A model generated the notes under the pieces. It ran no database searches. It was not told the origin of the DNA and worked only from the letters and a program-made list of their open reading frames with translations. Below are positions 56,058 to 64,000 of a stretch of 64,000 nucleotides of DNA, piece after piece. The stretch is from Nemertoderma westbladi (taxonomy: Eukaryota > Animalia > Xenacoelomorpha). How positions within the stretch are numbered: position 1 is the stretch's first letter; each line of letters starts with the position of its first letter. Position numbers and translations under genes: made by a program. The stretch is from the NCBI GenBank assembly GCA_032718475.1, contig JAUCBJ010008077.1, positions 84,189-148,188 on the forward strand. The letters run 5' to 3'.

Positions 56058-59000
56058 ATGAGTCAAACAACAAATACCGACGTTCCGGTAACAGAACAAT
56101 ATGAGACTGCTGACGAGTCCAGTCAGCAATTAAACGTCACCACACCTGACGTAATTGAGACTATTAGTGCCCCTACCACACAGACAGTAGGTATCGTCCC
56201 TGCTTCTGGGTTTATAGTTCAGGGTGCTGCTCGACACCCTGATGATGAAATCCCTGATGCTGACAGCAGTGACGATAGTAACACATCCTTGAGGCATCCT
56301 ACAATTAATAAAAGTGCAGGTGGTTACATGGGTAAGGTAACCAAGGCGACAAATAAATTAACCTTATGCCTAGACAGTGGATCCTATGACCCGGCAGATT
56401 TAGCCAGAATGCTAGATGAATATGATCAGCTGTTACACGTGCAAACAATCAATTTACAGAAGTTGGTGAGTATAGCGACCAAAGAGAGACAGTTTAGAAC
56501 TCTGACATCCCTATATGATAAGTTGCAGGTAATTCGTAACCATTTCATAGATATGAATAAGCGTATAAATGTGCTTAGAGTAAATTACCGCGCTAGTTTG
56601 GAGGAGGGACCCGAAACCGAAACATTTGACTCTGAAGATTTTGAGCTAAATGAATGGTTTCAGGGTTTCAAGGGTAAGTTGGAGATATATCTTCATAAGA
56701 AGGGAGTGGTAGTACCTGGACTACCATTACCAACAAAGGAGAACGAAAAAACAGGTAAGATAACTGCTCATGTAGATGATAGTGTACCATCTCAGGTAAG
56801 TGGAAGGTGGTATCGACATAGCGAGTCAGTAAGTTCGCAGTCAATAACTGCATCGCAGCTGGACACAGTTAGAAGGTTAAGCGAAGATGGTCGCCGAGCC
56901 GAGATGGAGAAGTTACATTTTGAACAGAGCGAAGTGATACGAATAAGCACCGAGCTCGCGGAAGCTGAGTTGCAGACGATCACCCAAGATATTTCGCGCT
57001 TAAGTTTAGCAGGAGGCAGTAATATTGTGGACACCACAACTCGAGATGAAGCCACCAGGCGGGAGAGGGAAGCAAATGATCGTTTGCTAGAAATCGAGTG
57101 CGAAAGTGCTGAACGCGAGGCTCAACGCGCCCGAGCGGAAGCCGAAATTGAACACGCCAGGGCAGAGGCAGAACGTACCAAGGCGGATAAACTTGCAGCC
57201 ATCGAACGGAGACGAATTGAGCGTGACACCAATGCTCAATTACAGCGTATTGCTGATGAGAATAAACGTCACGCACATGAACGGAAGATTGCCCGCCAAA
57301 GATTAGAGTTGAAGGAAAAACAAGAGGCATTGATCATCGATCAACGTCGAAAATTAGGGGAGCAGGAGCGCCACCGCAAAGCGAATGAGTTAGAGGATAA
57401 TCGCCGTCGCATAGCCATGCAGTTAGAAGAAGCCAAGACAGCTCTTCGATGTCAGCGCGCCGAGTCATTGTTAAGTGGGATAGACCATGTTGCATCTTCC
57501 ATAGAACGATACAATCAAACTCACGATAAGAAGGGAATGGAATCTAAAGTCCATTTTATTGAATCTTTTCATCGCCAGTTTGCAGGGAAGGGCTGGGTTA
57601 ACCCAGAAGACGATTCTCCACCCAGCGTAATTTTGGAGCAACGACAGACCAGTGGGTCTGCGAGGATATTGAACTCCACCAATAGTAAGTGGCCTGACTA
57701 CCCGCAACACCCTCGTGACCCCAAACACATGGACCAGTTATCTCCACACCATTTGTTAGGTTGTAAGTGCATAGAATGCCAGCAAATTTCACCCATTATA
57801 AGGGGCATTATAAATCCGGCAGATAATGGTGAGTCACGCGAGAATTTTAGGATGAAGGAGGATGAACAACTGGTGGATTGGGACTGTTCACATGATAACC
57901 GTAACTTTAGACTGAACGAAACAACAGAACAACGTCAAGTTGAAATGTATCAATTACAACAAGCCATCCAAGAAGGCAACCAGAGGATGATGCAAGAGGT
58001 AAGAGGCATTAAGGATCAGGTTCAACATATTGAAGGTAAAGTAAATCAAGAGTTTGAGTCTGTAAAGTGGTCGGTTCAGGAAGTGCAGGATAAAGTAGAT
58101 AGTACTCAAAGAGAGCGTGAAAGGGTAGATATTCACACTCGAAAATTATCCGAGAATCTCCCTGAAGTAAACCCAATCACACTACCAAAATCCAAGGTTC
58201 AATCTCAAGCGATGGAATGTAACACAGATTCGGAGGAAGTATATGATCCTTCATCGACTGCAAAAGGAATGTATCCGGGATCGAGACCGCACTTTCAATC
58301 TAGAATATTTAAACCCGGCATGAAGTTGAACCAACAACCAAGAAATATTCGAGGTTCTTCAAATGTTGAAGGGAGTGGCTCAACGCCAGTATCAGTGATC
58401 GCATCAGAGTTATCTAAATTTGGTGCGAGACAGAGTCTCCCTCCACAGCAACCACCTTGTTTCACTGGATTACCGAAACACTGGAGAAGTTTCATTCATT
58501 ATATAGATTCCTGTGTAGCGTCACAGGATTTTACATCACATGAGAAATTTTGTTATCTATACCAATTCTTAAAAGGGGAACCCAAGGAACTAGTAAGTAC
58601 ATTTGTGGGAGACGATAATGCCTTTGAATCTGCCTATGAGCGGTTAGTAACCACCTATGGTGGTAATGTTAGAATGGCTCGCTCAGTAGTTGAAGAATTG
58701 ACAAAGGGAAATCCAGCCGTAACACCCATAGAAGTAGTGAAACTAGCCGATGCTATAAAATCAGCAATCAAGATTTTGCCAATATATGGGTGTGAGCATT
58801 ACGGATCCAGACCGGATATTCTACGAGACATTATGAAACGACTTACACTGCGCCATAGGCGAAAGGTAAGGGGCCTAGAAAGCCGAGTAGAAGCTAGGGG
58901 GGAATCACTATCTATTAAACATATTTACGATGTAATATCAGCAGAAGGTGAGGCCGAGTTGAGGTCAAATTACCCTGAAGAGTATTTAGGAGTAGAAAGA

Positions 59001-60239
59001 CGTCAGCAACTCAAATTTAAGAGCACAATGGTAAGTGCTGGTAACCCAGCATCATCATACACTTCCTTATCTGACCAAGAAATGACAAAGGTGAATTCGG
59101 CTGCGGGATATAGCGCCAAAATTAAAGTAGCGCCACCCATTGGACCCAAGGTAACTACAGTGCAACAATTGCCACCAGATTTTCGTGGATGTCAATATTG
59201 TCATCAATTGACTCAGAAATCAAATGACCACAAGCTGGTAGGGTGCAACCTGTTTTCCAAACTCGATGTAGAGAAACGGCGTTTAGCCATTCGGTCGCTA
59301 GACGCTTTCTGGAAGTGTTTAGGCACTGGGCATAAGCGGCGGGACTGTACCACCTCTAGCGTAAGTAAGGGATGCGTTGACTGTGGTCGATTGCACCACA
59401 GATTATTGCACACATCTCAACACACGCCTACTAAAAGATATCTACAGGACCATCCTAGAGTATTGACTAGACCTGCAAATACCACCAAGCGCAACGTAAC
59501 ATTTGCCCAAACAACCGATTTTGAGACTAATTACCAATCAGGTTCATCAAGTGAAGGTGAATACGAGTACAGAGAAACTTCAGAACCAGAAACTTATGCA
59601 ACTGATTCGGAACCCAGCACCACCCTGCTAACTCGAACGCAGTCCGCTGCTTTCAGCATAATTCAAGTCAAAATTCAAGGTGAGTTTGGTTCTAAGCGCA
59701 TATATTGTCTATTAGATCATGCATCTAACCAAAGTTACGTTGACGAGGAAGTGGCAAGTGTGGTCGCAGACATGGAAAAAACCAAGTCGACACTAATGGA
59801 AGTTGGATCATTACATGGACAAAAGGAAATTCCCATCAAGTATGTGAGATTGACAGTAGATTCGTTGCTACCAAGAACCAAACAGACTACCACAGAACAA
59901 CGTATGTTACCAATGAAACATTTAAAATTTGCGGCTATACGTGATTTCACCCAACTATTGGGATCTGTGCCCATACCTGATAAGAAACAAAGGGAGTACT
60001 TTAAAGACTATAATATTCCCGAGTATCGCATAGATTATCGTAATATATCAATGATCATTGGAACGGATCATTTCGATGCTCACAGAGTCCTAGAGAGTAA
60101 GCCAACAAAGTGGAAGCCAGGTGAGCCATATTCTTGTAGAACATTGTTAGGATGGTACACTAGATTTCCTTTAGAATGGTTAGGAGTTATGGATCAAATA
60201 CTACCTACCGACTCTTTCACAAAGATCAAAATGGTATAA
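56058..60239 (+). CDS. BEL/Pao Gag-protease of element D (1393 aa), ending at an internal deletion
   Basis: QQPPCFTG..HW, CQYC..H..C, WKCLGTGH..C, CVDCGRLHHRLLH, LLDHASN, CRTLLGW. Confidence 0.92.
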   Translation: MSQTTNTDVPVTEQYETADESSQQLNVTTPDVIETISAPTTQTVGIVPASGFIVQGAARHPDDEIPDADSSDDSNTSLRHPTINKSAGGYMGKVTKATNKLTLCLDSGSYDPADLARMLDEYDQLLHVQTINLQKLVSIATKERQFRTLTSLYDKLQVIRNHFIDMNKRINVLRVNYRASLEEGPETETFDSEDFELNEWFQGFKGKLEIYLHKKGVVVPGLPLPTKENEKTGKITAHVDDSVPSQVSGRWYRHSESVSSQSITASQLDTVRRLSEDGRRAEMEKLHFEQSEVIRISTELAEAELQTITQDISRLSLAGGSNIVDTTTRDEATRREREANDRLLEIECESAEREAQRARAEAEIEHARAEAERTKADKLAAIERRRIERDTNAQLQRIADENKRHAHERKIARQRLELKEKQEALIIDQRRKLGEQERHRKANELEDNRRRIAMQLEEAKTALRCQRAESLLSGIDHVASSIERYNQTHDKKGMESKVHFIESFHRQFAGKGWVNPEDDSPPSVILEQRQTSGSARILNSTNSKWPDYPQHPRDPKHMDQLSPHHLLGCKCIECQQISPIIRGIINPADNGESRENFRMKEDEQLVDWDCSHDNRNFRLNETTEQRQVEMYQLQQAIQEGNQRMMQEVRGIKDQVQHIEGKVNQEFESVKWSVQEVQDKVDSTQRERERVDIHTRKLSENLPEVNPITLPKSKVQSQAMECNTDSEEVYDPSSTAKGMYPGSRPHFQSRIFKPGMKLNQQPRNIRGSSNVEGSGSTPVSVIASELSKFGARQSLPPQQPPCFTGLPKHWRSFIHYIDSCVASQDFTSHEKFCYLYQFLKGEPKELVSTFVGDDNAFESAYERLVTTYGGNVRMARSVVEELTKGNPAVTPIEVVKLADAIKSAIKILPIYGCEHYGSRPDILRDIMKRLTLRHRRKVRGLESRVEARGESLSIKHIYDVISAEGEAELRSNYPEEYLGVERRQQLKFKSTMVSAGNPASSYTSLSDQEMTKVNSAAGYSAKIKVAPPIGPKVTTVQQLPPDFRGCQYCHQLTQKSNDHKLVGCNLFSKLDVEKRRLAIRSLDAFWKCLGTGHKRRDCTTSSVSKGCVDCGRLHHRLLHTSQHTPTKRYLQDHPRVLTRPANTTKRNVTFAQTTDFETNYQSGSSSEGEYEYRETSEPETYATDSEPSTTLLTRTQSAAFSIIQVKIQGEFGSKRIYCLLDHASNQSYVDEEVASVVADMEKTKSTLMEVGSLHGQKEIPIKYVRLTVDSLLPRTKQTTTEQRMLPMKHLKFAAIRDFTQLLGSVPIPDKKQREYFKDYNIPEYRIDYRNISMIIGTDHFDAHRVLESKPTKWKPGEPYSCRTLLGWYTRFPLEWLGVMDQILPTDSFTKIKMV

Positions 60240-60513
60240 ACAAACTCGAAATCTGAAGCGTGGTGACATGGTCCTCATCGCAGATGAGGACATGAAACGG
60301 CGCGAGTGGTTAACAGGGGTCGTTGTGAAAACACATCCATCCCAAAATGGGATAATAAGAACTGTTTCAGTTAAAAGTATCAAAAATGACCTTCTACTGC
60401 GGCCAATCCAACAATTAGTATTGTTGGAAGAAGCACGCTACGAACACGGGGACTATATCATCCCTAACAAAAAGAAAGTTAAAAATGAAGCGGGCAAAGC
60501 GCCCACAAATTAA
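60185..60513 (+). pseudogene. C-terminal remnant of the element D integrase
   Basis: ELWIKYYLPTLSQRSKW..LKRGDMVLIAD..W..GVVVKTHP..GIIRTVSVK..RPIQQLVLLEE, close to the end of the B integrase. Confidence 0.88.
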
Positions 60514-61195
60514 TCACAAAATAATAACAAATTACATAATTGTGTATATGTAATTCCATGTAAGTTTAAAAAATACGAGTTTAACGTATATTGGGGCGGT
60601 GTATTCTGGAACCTGTAATTCCACTGCCTCATGTGTTATATTTGAAAAAATAAGTATGTTTTTTTTTGTTTGAATTATTAAAAATTATTATTTTTTTTTT
60701 TGAGAATTCGTAAGCATTTAATTTTTTGAAAATTTTAATTTATATTTAATTTATATAAAGTTTTCCGAAAATTAAAGTCTCTCCCTGAAATTAAGAAATA
60801 ACAAACCTTGAACAAACAACACCAAAGTTATGTAGCGGTATTGCAAAAATTCAAACCAGCCATTAGATTCCCATATGTACAATTGGTCGATAATGCGACT
60901 GTCCAGAGTAGTGCGTGCTGTCGCGGCGTTGTTGAAACGGACCATGGGGCGGACCAACATGCGCACAGATCTTATATTGGTTGTTTCATTCATAAAGTTG
61001 TGAAACATAATAATATCATATTCATCCATTCTGGCGTTTATTTTAATTGGGAGGGAAATTAGGTGTTCCCAAATTTAATTTGACGTTAAAGGCTGACCTA
61101 CCGAAAAAATTGTATCGACCGAGGTTGGGAAGGGAAATAAATTAACTTTGGGATTGATGATTCACAGTTAAATTGTAATAAACCTATATCTCTAC

Positions 61196-61615
61196 TTGGA
61201 ATGTTATATACTACGTAATGATATGGCTGGCTACTATGTCTCCATCGTTAGCGACCATTATAATGAAATCGAACCGCTATTTGGTTGGAATTACCATAAT
61301 TGTGTAAAGAAACCCTTCAATAGATCGGGATGTAGGAATGAAATTCTATATAAACATAAACAACTCGTTGATTCTTGCGTCGAAGAAGTCATTGAGAAAT
61401 GCGCGGCGACGGTTAAACCGGGAGCTGAATCCTATCCGAAGAAGGTTATTCGAAATGTACGGTCAGGACGGTGGTTGGCGCAACACAGAGGCTTCCGGGG
61501 CCAAGTCTTGGGGCGTGGTAAAGCACAAAGGGATAGAACGCCATCTGCGGCGGCAGGTATAGCGATTGGTCTTTGCCGATGTCGTAAACCTGCACGGGAA
61601 AATTTCCATATCTAA
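61196..61615 (+). CDS. Short accessory ORF of element D, possibly homologous to the N-terminus of the B accessory ORF
   Basis: Located after integrase; YNEI...F...KPFNRSGCRN versus B YKEL...F...APFNRYGAKN. Confidence 0.4.
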   Translation: MECYILRNDMAGYYVSIVSDHYNEIEPLFGWNYHNCVKKPFNRSGCRNEILYKHKQLVDSCVEEVIEKCAATVKPGAESYPKKVIRNVRSGRWLAQHRGFRGQVLGRGKAQRDRTPSAAAGIAIGLCRCRKPARENFHI

Positions 61616-62132
61616 GAATCAAGTAAACTCTGAGACTCAAAGACATGTTTGCCCGATGCCCACCCAAGACCTGAAGGTGATACGATTTGCTCTATAATCA
61701 GAAAAAAAAGGGGGGGGGGGGATATGTAAAGGGGATCCTGTTATTACATAATTATTGTGCATTCAGTAAATTTGCTTTATTTTAAATGATAGTATATATT
61801 TTGTAAACTTGATTGCACTGTACAACAAATATGTGTTATTTCTTTGAATCATTTTCCTCCAACATATCATTATAGTGTTATTGTTTATAGCGTTACTAAG
61901 GAATATGTTTATTACCATATTTATTTTAAAAATTATACACCATTATAATAATGTTTGAAGGCTTTATTGCAATGTAAAACAATTTGTGTTATTTCTTGAT
62001 TGTGTAGTGTTATTGTTTATAGTGTTACTAAGCAACCAGGCAATATGTTTGTCACCCGAAAGAAGATAAAATTATTATATTGAAAGAAAGGCTTTATTAT
62101 CTTCATACTATATTTAACACTTTATCTTGCGT

Positions 62133-62220
62133 AGCATGATAGCTCATTCGGTAGAGCGCCGGACTTTGAAAGTAATATGTCCAGGTTCGATTCTGTAAGA
62201 AAGATAATATTTTTTTTTTT
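62133..62220 (+). ncRNA. tRNA-Lys-like Pol III cassette or pseudo-tRNA followed by a T run
   Basis: GATAGCTCATTCGGTAGAGC (A box), GACTTT, GTCCAGGTTCGATTC (B box), T11 at 62210-62220; acceptor and anticodon stems do not pair well. Confidence 0.6.
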
Positions 62221-62517
62221 GCAAATTCAGCAGAAACTTTATTTTTTGATTTTTTATGATAGTCATTATGAATGAAGTATTTAAGTATATTTTAGAATTA
62301 TTTTGTGTTCATACGTCAAGACCCACCCGTCATGTTATGATAGTTTAATTTGGAATAAGTATTTTTAGTTAATTGAATTGTGCTTAATATAGGTCAGTTT
62401 AATTTGGAATAAGTATTTTAGAATTGAATTGTGCATAATATAGGTTATATGAAGGTTATATTTGGGGAAAACATCTTGCGACAATCATAATATCGCTGTT
62501 GATGTTTTCCGGGGCGG

Positions 62518-64000
62518 TGTTAAACTCTGTACGTACTGCAGTAGCAATACAGGAAAAAACTCATTTATTTTGTGCCAATACATTTCTACCTAAACGGGTG
62601 GCCCTTCTAAATTGATTTAGATACTGTTCAGTTATGCGCATGCGCCAGGCCCATTCCATGTAGGTGATAAGAAGGGCGCTGTGATTGGCCATTTATCTGT
62701 TTGCTGGACGAATAAGAAAGCTAGTAGCTACTCATATCCAAGTAAAACCGGTTTACTGAATTTTATGCAATGTCAACGAGAACTTACTGGAACCGGTAAA
62801 AACCAGTTTTGTTATTATATGGTTGCAAAACAGACCTATATTCTTACAGTATTACTCTTCAAGATTTTATATTGAATTTTGTTTCAGATTGTATTGAATT
62901 TATCTTATATCCAAGTTCTGATTTTGTACCGTTAAATGTATTCGTACCTATAGATATGTATTAACCCAATTATTTTGTTTGTGTTGGTAATTTTGCAAAT
63001 CAGTATGCGATAAAGACATCCAGCGATCGGTTCGGAATTAAAACCCCATTGTTTTAACATGAGAGGCGCATTCTCCGTCTAATATAATTATGGAGTGAGG
63101 AGGTCGAGCCGTACCGGCCGACTGCAGGAGCCCAAAATGGATGGATGATGTTACACAACACGAGTGAAACATAAGGGCAGTAAGTTGGACTGGGCAAGCC
63201 ACAAGGGGAGGGGGGTCTCATTAGGTTGATGTACACAATTCCATTAGGTTAACTGGTGCTTTAACTATTTCCTGTACTTGGGTTTGGGCCAAATTGAACC
63301 GGGATACCCCATCATAATAACCACACAGGCATCACGGAAGTGCAAGGGGGGGAGAGTGTTGATATATATTTGGTATCAGCGCTCATCGTTTTGGCTTAGG
63401 TTTGGGTCTCATTGGGATACTAATATTCATTTCACTTCATCTTAAATATTTTGACTTTGTTGGGGGTGAGTAAGCTTATATACCAAGTTTCAGCTACAGC
63501 ATTATTCACAGTCCAGAAATAAATGTATTTGGGTATTTAGATAGCTAATCATCTCTCTCACAATCATTAGTTTGACACTCTTACAGTTACTTTACAGAGT
63601 AGAAGTGAAAATTAGAGAATATCGGCAAATTCATCCACGAGATAACCAGGTTTAGTATTGCGTATAGTTTCCTTCCTTTTACTACCGTCGACAGCGGTGC
63701 GGTGTATAGAAATATACAGAATTTGTTTTAGTGGGAAAATTTAAGATAAATTGTTATTTATATTTGTTTGTTTACAAATTGTACTCGATACAACCCTTAC
63801 CTATCGGCAGTTTAGCTTGCAGTATACGTGGTGGATAAGGGGCCATCACGCTAGTAAATTGTATTAAAGGTTGATAATATTAGCAGGCAGGCAGGGATTC
63901 CTCACCAACTGGAGTTTCCTTGTTGAGCTTTATATAGACCCGTTTATTGTTTTGTTTTCTTTCGAAACTGATACGTATTGCGATAATTTGATACGTATTC
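62518..64000 (+). repeat. Second LTR of element D plus continuing copy (long LTR or start of a tandem unit)
   Basis: Preceded by PPT-like GGGGCGG (62511-62517); matches 53762-55250 apart from a few substitutions and one block replacement. Confidence 0.9.

Larger units (their letters stand above)
53762..64000 (+). mobile_element. BEL/Pao element D: non-autonomous gag-protease derivative inserted in the satellite, running off the window end
   Basis: Starts TGTTAAAC; Gag is similar to that of B; 53762-55250 is repeated at 62518-64000. Confidence 0.9.

Noticed and set aside
26483-62220. Functional tRNA genes at 26483-26554 and 62133-62200
   Set aside because: Acceptor and anticodon stems do not pair properly; kept only as tRNA-derived cassettes.

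Overview
Eukaryotic, probably invertebrate, heterochromatin-like window made almost entirely of nested transposable elements; no host gene is recognisable. From left to right: a tyrosine-recombinase pseudogene split by a 5'-truncated LINE, a Penelope GIY-YIG fragment, and a short LTR (5232-5525). Then come four BEL/Pao LTR retrotransposons: A (-, ~6.1-12.3 kb), B (-, ~12.3-26.6 kb, nearly intact gag-pol), C (+, ~26.8-39.8 kb, decayed) and D (+, 53.8 kb to the end, gag-protease only). Between C and D lie a CR1-group LINE with a 2A-like motif and an in-frame minisatellite (39.8-47.2 kb) and a 6.5 kb satellite of 40-bp units. Main observation: these BEL/Pao elements carry an extra ORF after integrase, where env would sit, but it is not env. 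In C it reads as a WRN/EXD/Mut-7-like DEDDy 3'-5' exonuclease plus three CCHC knuckles. B carries the start of the same nuclease, A carries the same knuckle module, and D has a short ORF resembling the N-terminus of B's. Element B also has nine copies of a 20-nt hairpin that ignores reading frame, and B and D contain tRNA-like Pol III cassettes. Domain calls come from motif reading by eye, not database searches, and element boundaries are approximate.
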